Assembly: GCA_973895155.1 (NCBI GenBank)
Contig: OZ316893.1
Location: 5,098,171-5,162,170, forward strand
From: Marsupella aquatica
Lineage: Eukaryota; Plantae; Marchantiophyta
Direction of reading: 5' to 3'
DNA length: 64,000 bases
Position 1 is the first letter of the stretch; each line of letters begins with the position of its first letter. The notes under the pieces are model-generated. The model saw only the letters and a list, made by a program, of their open reading frames with translations. It was not told the origin of the DNA and did no database searches. Made by a program: the position numbers and the translations under genes. Below, one piece after another: positions 1 to 10,866 of this stretch.

Positions 1-23
1 CAAATATTTTTTAGTAGACACTC

Positions 24-111
24 TGTCAGAGTGAGGGAGGCTATGTCAATTAGTTTGGAATTAGACATGTCAAAGTGAGGGAGTCTATGTCAATTAGTTT
101 GGAATCAGACA
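24..111. repeat. 44-bp tandem duplication (2 copies)
   Basis: tgtcagagtgagggaggctatgtcaattagtttggaattagaca (24-67) is repeated with 3 substitutions at 68-111. Confidence 0.85.
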
Positions 112-2136
112 TATCTTTAGTACTTACTGTTGGTTAGTACTAAGTAGTATATCTATTTAAGTAACTAATTATTATAATATTTTGGGATACTAGTTTGAAT
201 AGGTGGAGATAATTGGACTTGGATACCTTTATAATTGCTTTAATTAATTATTATATCAATACAAACTATATATTACATGAAGTCTTAATATCCATGATAG
301 GATGTGACTGCCTCTTACTAGTAAACCTTAGTTTCAACTCGAGTTGCTTAGAATGTAACAAATTACTTGAATGTCTGAATGGATAGTAAGCCAGGTATCA
401 TTCAAAATATATTAAATGCTCTCAATTAGTAACTAAGTAGAAGGTTAATTTAGCTAGCTAAGGGAAGAGATCATATTGAAGCTTTAGTAGTTATATGGGT
501 AGAGATCATATTGAAGCTTTACTAGACAGTTATATTCTATTAGTCAGATTGAATCAATGTAAGTAAGTTCTACTTCTTATCCAACATATTTTACATTATT
601 ATCACCCAAATGTTTTTCTTTAGAATCCAAATTAATATTTCATTTTCTCCTATGTACAATCTTGATCCCCCAAATGTACAACATCTGGTGCCCAAATGTA
701 CAACTCCCACTGCCCAAATATACAATTCTTGTGCCCAAATATATATTTTTTGGTGCTTAAATGTCCAAAGATCAAAGAATTTTCCAGTTTTAATGAATAG
801 ACTGATTTAGTTTAAAATTAAAGACAAACACATTCACAATTCAATGTTCAACTTCACTCAATTTAAAACAAGAGAGAAACATAATCACAGTTCAGTGGTT
901 GTTTTGTGTTCAGCTTCATTCATATAAAACTAGAGAGAAACAAGTTCGCCAGCAGCAAATTTCGCTGCCTATGAATTTCTTGAAGAAAAATCGTAGTTCA
1001 GCAACCATTGCAGGAAAAAAGAAAGAGGAGCAAGAATTCAGTCAATTCGTAGATTCACAGAAGTCCACATTCATTGACATTGGTCTATTGGCAATGAGAG
1101 TTTGCTATATCATACATTGAAGTGATAGAATCGAATGCCTGGGCAGAATAATTGCTTCGTCTATTCAGCTGAGAAACACTTGTTGAAGAATCTGCTCTCT
1201 GCTGAGCTCAACTCCAGAATGGACCTCTCGAGCTCTCAATTCGCCTTGAAATTGTCTTTCACTATTGTATTAGTGGCAGTGGTTGATGGAAATGCTATGG
1301 CAAAAGCAAGAGCAGCATGAAGAGCTATGGTGTTGCAGCAGCTGGGACCTCAAAGCTTTCGAGCTGTGGCGGGAGTGGAGGACAAAGAGCAAAACAACAC
1401 ATTCGGCCGTGAGCGGGAGTCGGACCTTCGCAGCTGCGCGCGCGATCGCCTTCGTTGGGTCATGTGATAAGGGCAGTCGGGTCGAGTCGGGAAAGGCGCA
1501 GCCGGGCCTGCTACGGCCATTACCGCCGACTGGCGGTTTCAGGGCTGGAGCCACCTGGGCGGGCACCTGGGATCCCCTGTCACCCAAGAGGGGCGAGGGT
1601 ACCCCGCGAGGAGCGGAAGGCCTCGCCTGCCTCCCCGCAGCTCCTTCCCCCCCGCACCCCCGCTCCCAAGTACGGCCCCTGCGTGGCAGGCGGCCCGATG
1701 TTGCTGGCGCATCCGTGCGGACGTCGGGCACTCCCTGCTCGTACCTGCATGGAACCTTGCCCTAATACTGAATCCTCCCCAATTTGCCCCTCGTCAGTTT
1801 ATGAACTCTCATTTGGGAAGGATTAATTTGCATTCATCAGATCATGTCATCACATTTTCCTGGCCTGTGATCAAGAAAAATGGGGCGAGTCTTGCTTCAC
1901 CCCTAGCTCACCGCACTTACTCATGTCAACCCCTATGCATGCTCTGGATGGCGAGGATAAACACTTGCTTGCCCTTGCCAAGGTGAGGACAGGCCACACC
2001 TGGCTCACTTTCTCTGTCGGTACAGCACGTACTGTCCTAGGCTCTCCTTGCCCTCCTGCGCACCTAACTGCCGGGTACAAAGTACTTTCCTGCCCTCCTG
2101 GTGAGAGTACAGTATCTCCTTGCCCTATGTGCATGC

Positions 2137-2280
2137 CTGGTCCTCTTGCAGGACACTTCTTTGGTGACTAATTTTTCTGGATCTAGACCACTTCCTACCT
2201 AGAATTACTGGTCCTCATGCAGGACACTCCTTTCATGATTAATTTTTCTGGATCTAGACTAGTTCCTACCCAGAATTACT
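2137..2280. repeat. 71-bp tandem duplication (2 diverged copies)
   Basis: ctggtcctc(t/a)tgcaggacact...tttttctggatctagac...agaatta starts at 2137 and again at 2208. Confidence 0.85.
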
Positions 2281-4366
2281 ACCTTTGAAATGCAAATCAA
2301 TAATGAATATAGAATAATTAAAAAAAATTGATTTAAAAACAATTCATATCAAATTGGCACAAATAACAAATTGATAACTTGATATCAAATTCATATCAAC
2401 CTTGGCACAAATAACAATAAAACCAGAATAAACTTACTGTCTGACAAAGAGCAAACCAAATACAAAGTTGGTAATAATAATAACAAATAAAAAGACTCAT
2501 CATATCAAACACAATATAGCATACTCATCCTGGAACATGAAAAGTTATTTTGTCCTCTAGCAAAAAGTTTAAGTTTTTTAGTGAAATACAGGTGATCTAA
2601 TTTGTGACAAATATAAATAATACATTGATTAGGAAGCGTGACATTGAAAAGTTGTGCACATAAGGTACAAGAGTAAAAATACACATGATGTAAAAGTACA
2701 CATGATGTAACTAAGTCTATGGTATTGGGTTCTGCACATACTATACACCAGTAAAGATATTAATGTACTTATCTTAGTTAATGACACTCAAATGAATTAA
2801 AACCATAAATTTAGGACACAAAACCATGAGTAGAACTTAAAGACATGAGGAGTGCACTTTAATTAAATCATTTCTTCTTCACTCATCAGAATAAGGACTA
2901 GAACTTCCGTGCTTTGTTAAAGGGTGGATGATCAAAAGTATAGCAAGGAATTGAAAAATTGGGAGGGGTGCCAAATTAAATTCAAAATCTAAAGTATACA
3001 AGGGATGCACCTTGGTAAGACACATTGAATTAAAATACACAAGAAAATAAGTTTGAATAAGACAAAATACTGGAAGATGGATTCACCATATAACAGTTTC
3101 ATCAAACACAATAATACCCCTACCCCCCCCCCCAACAAAAAAATATAAATTCTTCATCCTTCACAAAATGAAAAATAGGAGAGAGAAAATCCTGGCCCTT
3201 TATCTAAAATGTTTTTTTTAGTAGAGTCAGATGCACCTATACATCCATTTTCGCTCACTCAGGAGTCAGCCCAAGCTACCTTCAGTGAATCTGCCCTCAA
3301 CTGTTAATTAATCGCACAGTGTAATCAAGGATGTCGCCCTTTTCTGGGCATCATCTGCTTACCAAAGTAGGATTGGCGTAATTCAACCCCAACCATTCCA
3401 TTTAAAGAATGTTTTTTGTGAGCCTTGATTGGACACAATCTATACCTCTCCCCTTTAATTCATGTCCTGTAGGCCACCTTACTTCCCGTTTGTCTTTTGT
3501 GCCTGCCTTTTTGCTTCTTTTTCCCTGTAATTCTTTTGTGCTTGTCTTTTTGCTTCTTTTCTCTTTAATTTATTTTCTCTACTTTGTTTTTTCCCAGTTT
3601 GTCTTTTGTGTATTTTCTGCATTTGTTGAAAAACATTTAAGTAGTCAAGATTCTTGGTATTATTCACTGACCACTATTATCCAGATTTGATACTCCAGTG
3701 TAATTGATTTTAGAAAACATCATTATCTCGTTTTTTGTGGGGGAATAGTTTTTATAAAAACAATTGAGCCATTTTTTTTAACGGTGACATTTTTGAGCTA
3801 GGTATTGGATGGAATTCCATACTAAACCACTTATTCCCAGATTTTTACAGGTGGACTCTTTAAAGTTTTTCTCTAATGGATTGTTTTCCTTACCCGGTTG
3901 AGCCACACCATCGTTTTGATATGAACATCTTTTATGCAACCACTTCAACATCTTCCACGCAATGACACCTTCTATGTGACGCCCTGGTGTTGAACACAAC
4001 CACGATGATTGTATGGTCGGGATGATACAGAACATGCCTCAATAACTACCTTGTGGAGACAATGTTTTCTAGCCTTGCGCGCCCTGACAAAAAAAAATTC
4101 ATCTTGACATCATTCTTTTTCTCTCTTTATATCTTTTTCTCTCCTGAACTTATTTTCCTCACCTTGACATCTTTTTAGCATTTCAACATATTTTCTCACC
4201 TTGATATCTTTTCTGTCCTTGACATATTAATTGTTTCTCTTATCGACATTTTTCCTCACCTCAACATTATTTTCTCATCTCAACATCTTTTCTCAACTCA
4301 ACACACTTTGCTCACCTCAATATCTTTCTCTACTTGACATGTTTTTCTCACCTCCACATTTTTTCT

Positions 4367-4823
4367 TGTTGGGTATTTACTCTTACGTCTAGGTTAGGTA
4401 TGACGTGGTTGGTACAACAACGTGGGTTGGTACAACTACGTGGTTAGGTACAACTACGTGATTAGGTACAACTATGTGGTTAGGTACAACTACGTGATTA
4501 GGTACAACTATGTGGTTAGGTACAACTACGTGATTAGGTACAACTATGTGGTTAGGTACAACTAAGTTGCACACTATATCATAAGAGGCATGTGTGCTTG
4601 GAGAGGTAGAACCAAGGCTCATTGTTATGGAGCCACTTGAGAGATAGGGAGAGCTTACACTGTGGAGACTCGGTATAGCCGACGGGCTTAGAGTTCAGTA
4701 AAGCTCTCTTGTGTGTTCCCGTGGACGTAGCCTCAAGGAGGTGAACCACGTATCTCTTGTGTCGACTATTGTGCGTTGGATGGTTCAGGGGCTTGCCGTT
4801 GCAATCGTCGTCTATGCTCAACA
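4367..4823 (+). repeat. 5' LTR of copia copy 1 (457 bp, 9 ggtacaac units)
   Basis: tgttgggtattt...ctcaaca; apart from the array length it differs from the 3' LTR by 4 substitutions that I could see. Confidence 0.97.
4411..4563 (+). repeat. 18-bp tandem array in the 5' part (U3) of the LTR: ggtacaacta(c/t)gtg(g/a)tta
   Basis: ggtacaac occurs at 4411, 4429, 4447, 4465, 4483, 4501, 4519, 4537 and 4555. Units 3-8 alternate two variants, giving a 36-bp higher-order repeat. Confidence 0.97.
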
Positions 4824-4825
4824 AT

Positions 4826-4837
4826 TGGTATCAGAGC
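4826..4837 (+). promoter_or_regulatory. Primer-binding site for tRNA-iMet
   Basis: TGGTATCAGAGC, 2 nt after the 5' LTR end. Confidence 0.95.
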
Positions 4838-5977
4838 ATGCTTGGGAGGTGATGTGTGTTCGTGACGGGATTTCATGACGGTTTTTCCAGCGTTGAGTGT
4901 CGGTGGATTTCCCAGAGTTCCGTCGCATGGAACTTTGAGTTTATTGGCTCAACGGATAGATCAGGGCAAGAGCTTTCTAACGGTGTGAAGAAATCGCTGA
5001 ACGGAGCTCGTGGTGTAGAGAGATCTAAGTTTTTGTCGTTCTGGATTTTGTGAAGAAAGTTGGCAATCGACTCGGAGGGAGAAGCGTCAAGTGTTTTGAC
5101 TCAACGGAGAGATTGAGGCAAGACGATTGTTTTGAGTCCGGGATTGGCTCTTTGATGCAAAGAGGAAGGCTAAGCAAAAATCAATTATCTTGTTGGACTT
5201 GGTGACGGCACCAAGTGCAATTGATCAACATTCGTTGTTGACAAGGTACCATTTTTTTCTCTTTGAAAAACTGATTCGAAATTGGCTATGGCAATTGAGA
5301 GAAATCTGTCATCTTTACCAATTTTTTTCTCTCTCGTTCTTTCCTCGTTTTGGGTGCTTCTTATATCGATCTTCATCGCCTCGGAGTCTAGTTTCCAAAT
5401 CTGAAATCGGATCTTGATTTGGTCAAAACCCGAGTGAGATATCTTGCGTTTGGTGTCGAGGGGTACATTCTGCCGTGTGTATTTTCAGCGCGCGCAACCA
5501 GATTTCGACGACGAAGGGTGGTAGGGGGTTTTGGGGGTTCGAGGACACATGTCAGCCCCTCGATTGTTCTTCCAAAATTCCCACAGGGCCTGTACAAGGG
5601 TCATAGAATATTCCAAAAAACCAGAGAGCTATTTTTTGACCGTCCGACAAAGATTTCATCCGCCGAACGGTAACTTTTTTGGTTATTTTTCGGCGAGGTC
5701 GTAGCCATTGAAGTTGGCAACGCAACGCACCGATCACATCGCAATTCCGACAATGGGTTGTACTTGGTATTTCGGTTATTCCCTGAGGTGGTCAAAACGG
5801 GGGAGTTTCCCAAGGTTTTACCCACCTCGACCGAAATTTGAATAACTTTTCCGTCAAATTTTGATTTTGATTTCGGTTTTCAGTATTGGACTCCTAGCTT
5901 TGTGGGCTACGCGGCGGTGTTTAGTTTCGAGTTTTTTGAGAAGTTGTGAAAAACAACATTTTTTGTGATTTTCTCAT

Positions 5978-7018
5978 ATGAGTGATTCGGAGGAGTTTTT
6001 TGAAGACGTGGAACTTGAAGCACGAGGATCACCGCGGAGGTTTCAGGGGCAGAGAGAGGAGCAGGAGGAAGAGCACGTGACACCGATACCATCACCGGTG
6101 CGGCGTGTGGTGGAGGAAGCAGTACTACTACCGGAGCTCACGGTAGTGCCAAAGAAGAAGATGAGGACTTTCAAGCTTGGGGGACCCAAGTATGAAGTGA
6201 CAAAATATGATGGGCGCTCTGACTACTTGCTATGGGAGAAGCAAGTGAAGGGAGTGCTCTATGCGTCAGGGATGGGCCAACTGCTGAGCCCTCGTGAAGA
6301 CGATGTTGATGAGAAACAATGGGACCGCATGCAGGAGCAGGGAGTGTGGTGTGTTACACTCTATCTCATGCCTCCCATCATCAAGCAGTTGGGTGCACAT
6401 AAGGATTGCATGTCCTTGTTTGCGGAATTGCAGAGCAAGTATCACCGCAAGGAGTTGTCGAACCGGCTCTACACTTCCTACAAACTGATGAGTTTCAGGA
6501 TGAAGGAATCCGGTACGAAGTTGCAAGACCATGTCGATGCTTTCAACGACATGGTCGTTGACTTGGAAAACCTTGGGGAGACTTTGAATGATGAGACGAA
6601 GGCTCTGCAGCTTCTTAGTTCATTGCCTCCATCTTACCAGTCCCTATCACGAGTGTTGTTGCATCGTGATAGGGATACCATTTCATACAATGACGTGGTA
6701 AGTTCTCTGCTTAGTGATGATCTTCAGCAGAAGATGCACATCACGTCACAGCCTTCATCATCTGGTGCTGCCCTCAATGTTAACCGTGGGAGGAGTATGC
6801 AGCGACCAACTAGGGACCGTAGAACCCAATTTAGATCTAAATCCAGATCTAAGTCCAAGGGTAAATCCCCTCAGAGGAGGCAGGTGACATGTTGGAAGTG
6901 CAACCAAGTTGGACACTTCAAGCGAGACTGTAAGGGAAAGGCAGCGGAAACTTCATCGGCAAATATGGCTAGGGCTGATGAAGAAGTTGATTTACTCAAT
7001 GATGAGTATGTTTTATGA
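5978..7018 (+). CDS. gag: Copia Gag (UBN2-type domain, CCHC zinc knuckle)
   Basis: 346-aa ORF with KYDGRSDYLLW, LLSSLPPSY and CWKCNQVGHFKRDC; ends in TGA in frame with the protease. Confidence 0.95.
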   Translation: MSDSEEFFEDVELEARGSPRRFQGQREEQEEEHVTPIPSPVRRVVEEAVLLPELTVVPKKKMRTFKLGGPKYEVTKYDGRSDYLLWEKQVKGVLYASGMGQLLSPREDDVDEKQWDRMQEQGVWCVTLYLMPPIIKQLGAHKDCMSLFAELQSKYHRKELSNRLYTSYKLMSFRMKESGTKLQDHVDAFNDMVVDLENLGETLNDETKALQLLSSLPPSYQSLSRVLLHRDRDTISYNDVVSSLLSDDLQQKMHITSQPSSSGAALNVNRGRSMQRPTRDRRTQFRSKSRSKSKGKSPQRRQVTCWKCNQVGHFKRDCKGKAAETSSANMARADEEVDLLNDEYVL

Positions 7019-10000
7019 AGCCGGGAGTATGCCCTGTGCACGTCATCTAGGAGAGCAGATGATGTGTGGATTCTTGATTGTGCTTGCTCTTTTCATATTT
7101 GTTACATTCGTGAGTTTTTCAGTTCTTACTCTATTTCAAACGGTTCAGTTCTGATGGGAAATGATCACTCCTGTCAAATTGAGGGAATTGGGTCTGTGAA
7201 GATTCAAATGTTTGATGGCGCTGTGCGCACAGTGTCCGGAGTCAGGTATGTACCTGGCATGCGTAAGAATCTGATTTCACTCGGTGTGTTAGATTCAAAT
7301 GTTCATCAATGGAGCGTTATTGATGGTGAACTTCAAGTCAGGTCGGGAGAGACAGTGATTTTGAAAGGGAGTAGACAAAAGAATTTGTATGTGTTACAGG
7401 GCAATACTGTATGTGGAGAGGCCAATGTAACCAAGTCTCACGAGGAGATGACTCAACTGTGGCATTCACGGCTAGGCCATATGAGTGAGAAGGGTTTGGC
7501 TATCTTACGGAAGAATGGACTCATTTCTGATTTGCAATCTTGTAAATTAGAGTTTTGTGAGCATTGCATTCTTGGAAAGTAGCATCGTCGTGCTTTTGGT
7601 GTTGGAACTCATCGTTCCAAAGCGGTTCTTGAGTACATACATAGTGACGTGTGGGGTCCATCCCCGACTCCCTCACACTTTGGAAAGTTGTACTATGTAT
7701 CATTTATTGATGATTACTCAAGATTTGTGTGGATTTATTTCATGACGCATAAGTCTGATGTCTTGTCCATTTTTAAGAAGTGGAAGGCCAGGTGGAGAAT
7801 CAGACTGGAAACACGATCAAGTGTTTGGATACAAGGGTGAAGAGTCTGAGGTCAGACAACGGCGAGGAGTACACTTCAATGGAATTTGAAGAGTACTGTT
7901 CAGAACAGGGGATAACTCGCCATCTCACCACAGTTTATACTCCGCAGCAGAATGGTGTCGTTGAGAGGCTCAATCAGACACTGTTGGAGCGGTCACGGAG
8001 TATGTTGAGCCAATCAGGTTTACCACAAGAATTTTGGGCAAAAGCTGTCAATACCGCAGCTTATTTGGTAAATTTTTCTCCTTCTAGAGCTATCAATTTC
8101 AAAACGCCGTTTGAGATGCGCTATAAGCGGCAAGCAGACTATCATGGCTTGGTAGTTTTTGGAAGTGATGCATATGCTCTCACACCGAAGCAGAATAGGA
8201 CCAAGTTGGATCCTACCTCCAGGAAATATGTTTTTCTTGGGTACCAGAGTGGTGTGAAAGCCTATAGGCTATGGGATCCTATTGCCTGTAAGCTCGTTGT
8301 CAGTAGGGATGTTTCCTTCAATGAATCCAGATTATTGAAGGAGGGGGAGAATACTCAGGTCTCCCGTACTGACAAAGGAAAATCTCCTATCCCGGATCTC
8401 GTTGAGGGGGAGATTGGTTATGAGGTGCATGACCGGAGAGAAGGAGTTGCTCCAATTATGGAGCTGGTTCCTGTGCCAGAGGAACCAGAGGAGTTTGTTG
8501 ATGCTGGTGAGCAGCAAGTGGATGCTGTTGAGCTTCAAATTGTACCAGCACACGCAGATCAACCGGAGTCATCGGCTAGAAGAACATCTGGTCGCACTGT
8601 ACGCGCTCCACCAAGGTATGGACAGTGGGTTGATTCATCTCAACTGCAAGAGGATGATTTTACAGCTGATGATGAGGGTGATGTGTTAATTTTGGAAGAA
8701 GGGGAACCTTCTTCATTTCATGAGGCAAGTGCTTCAAAGGAGAAGCAGAAGTGGACTGCAGCAATGCAAACGGAGATGCAGTCACTAAAGGACAACAAAA
8801 CTTGGGAGCTTGTTAAGCTGCCTAAGGGTCAGCAAGTGGTGGACAGCAAGTGGATTTACAAGCTGAAGGATAATTCCATAGGAGGTGGATCGAAGGTCTA
8901 CAAGGCTAGATTGGTAGCAAAGGGATTCACACAAGAGAAAGGTGTGGATTACAATGAGGTCTTCTCACCAGTTGCTAAGTACTCTACAATACGACTATTG
9001 TGTGTACTTGTTGTAATGTTTGGTCTGCTGCTAGATCAGATGGATGTTGTCACAGCTTTCCTCTATGGCACATTGGAAGAGGTGATCTTCATGAGACAAC
9101 CGCTAGGTTTTGTGAAGAGAGGACAGGAGGAATTGGTTTGCAGATTGCTGAAATCCTTGTATGGGTTGAAGCAGTCACCAAGACAGTGGAACAAGCGGTT
9201 TGACGATTGGATTCGGTCACAAGGTTTTCACAAAAGTGTATTTGACCCTTGTGTGTATTTGAAACTGGTGAAGAATGTTGTCTTTGGGTTCATTGTTTTA
9301 GTACTTTATGTGGATGATATGCTAATTGCAGCCAAGGATAGGTCTGAGATTGTTAAGCTCAAGGCACTGCTTAGTGCAGAGTTTAAGAAGAAGGACTTAG
9401 GGCCAGCTAAGAGGATTTTGGGTATGGAGATCACTAGGGACTTGGAGGCTGGCAAGCTATGGTTGACGCAGAGCAGTTATGCGAGGAAGGTAATTGCAAG
9501 GTTCAACATGGAGAATAGCAAGCCAGTAAGTACCCCGTTGGCTCCACACTTCAAGTTATCATCAGCGTTCTGTCCTACGGATGACACAGAGAAGGGGTTG
9601 ATGTCAAAGGTTCCGTATGACAAGGCAGTGGGGAGTCTCATGTATTTGATGACTTGCACTAGACCTGATCTTGCCATGGCTATGGGCAAGGTGAGCAGGT
9701 ACATGTCGAATCCAGGGAAGGTACACTGGGAAGTAGTGAAGTGGATGATTAAGTACTTGAAGGGTACCGTGGATCATGGTCTTTTATTTGATGTGAATGC
9801 AAAGAATGCTAGATCATTGATTGGCTATGTAGATTCTGACTATGGACAAGATTTGGACCGAAGGAGATCAACAACAGGATACGTGTTCACACTTGGCGGT
9901 GGATGCATAAGTTGGAGGTCTACTTTGCAGAAGTGTATTGCTCAGTCTACTACAGAAGCGGAGTATGTTGCAGCTGCGGAAGCAGCAAAGGAAGCGATTT

Positions 10001-10290
10001 GGTTGGATAGACTTATCACTGAAATGGGATTGCCACAGGGGAATGTGAAGCTCCATTGTGATAGTCAAAGTGCGCTCCACCTTGCTGTGAACCAGGTGAT
10101 GGACAGCAGAGTGAAGCACATTGACGTCAGGTACCATTTTATCAGGCAGGCTGTGTCTGATAATTTGTTTGAGCTAGTCAAGATTGATGGTAAACTCAAC
10201 CCGGCTGACGCATTTACCAAAGTGATTCCTTTGGAGAGTTTCTCTAGACACCGTGATGTATTGCAGGTTTTGCAATTGCATCACAAGTAG
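7019..10290 (+). pseudogene. pol: Copia Pol (protease, pre-integrase, integrase, RT, RNase H), disrupted
   Basis: WILDCACSFH; LWHSRLGH...CEHC; HSDVWGP; LRSDNGEEY; YKARLVAKGF; LYVDDML; YVDSDY; KHIDVRYHFIR. TAG at 7580-7582 replaces the Gln of GKQHR, and 1 nt is missing near 7790. Confidence 0.95.
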
Positions 10291-10470
10291 AGTTTTCTTA
10301 AACATTCATTGTAATTACTGATATATGCTCTTCCTCATTCCTATGTATTAGGCTACGGCTTAGTTCTGGTTTGCTCTAGTTAGAAAGGGAAACTGGTTTG
10401 GTTTCTGTCCAGAACTTCCCGCTGAGGGATCATATACATTGGCAGTATTACTCTCCCCTAGACCAGAGTC

Positions 10471-10480
10471 AAGGGGAAGA
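10471..10480 (+). promoter_or_regulatory. Polypurine tract
   Basis: AAGGGGAAGA immediately before the 3' LTR. Confidence 0.9.
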
Positions 10481-10481
10481 T

Positions 10482-10866
10482 TGTTGGGTATTTACTCTTA
10501 CGTCTAGGTTAGGTATGACGTGGTTGGTACAACAACGTGGGTTGGTACAACTACGTGGTTAGGTACAACTACGTGATTAGGTACAACTATGTGGTTAGGT
10601 ACAACTAAGTTGCACACTATATCATAAGAGGCATGTGTGCTTGGAGAGGTAGAACCAAGGCTCATTGTTATGGAGCCACTTGAGAGATAGGGAGAGCTTA
10701 CACTGTGGAGACTCGGTATAGCCGACGGGCTTAGAGTTCAGTAAAGCTCTCTTGTGTGTTCCCGTGGACGTAGCCTCAAGGAGGTGAACCACGTATCTCT
10801 TGTGTCAACTATTGTGCGTTGGATGGTTCATGGGCTTGCCGTTGCGATCGTCATCTATGCTCAACA
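10482..10866 (+). repeat. 3' LTR of copia copy 1 (385 bp, 5 ggtacaac units)
   Basis: Matches 4367-4823 but is 72 bp (4x18) shorter. Confidence 0.97.

Larger units (their letters stand above)
4367..10866 (+). mobile_element. Complete Ty1/copia LTR retrotransposon (copy 1), now defective
   Basis: LTRs TG...CA at 4367-4823 and 10482-10866. 5-bp TSD TTTCT at 4362-4366 and 10867-10871. PBS and PPT present. Domain order gag-PR-INT-RT-RNaseH. Nonsense codon at 7580-7582 and a 1-nt frameshift near 7790. Confidence 0.98.

Noticed and set aside
1270-1826. Overlapping 120-160-aa ORFs as genes
   Set aside because: Expected in GC-rich DNA; no domain motifs or exon structure
4411-4563. CRISPR-like regular repeats
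   Set aside because: Head-to-tail 18-bp units without unique spacers, inside a eukaryotic LTR, with no cas genes
4389-4622. Repeat-peptide ORF (VVPNH)n on the minus strand
   Set aside because: Antisense translation of the LTR array; its length changes with unit number and nothing supports coding
7580-7582. Second in-frame stop (TAG) in pol as a recoding site
   Set aside because: It replaces the Gln of the conserved GKQHR motif by one C-to-T change, which is ordinary decay
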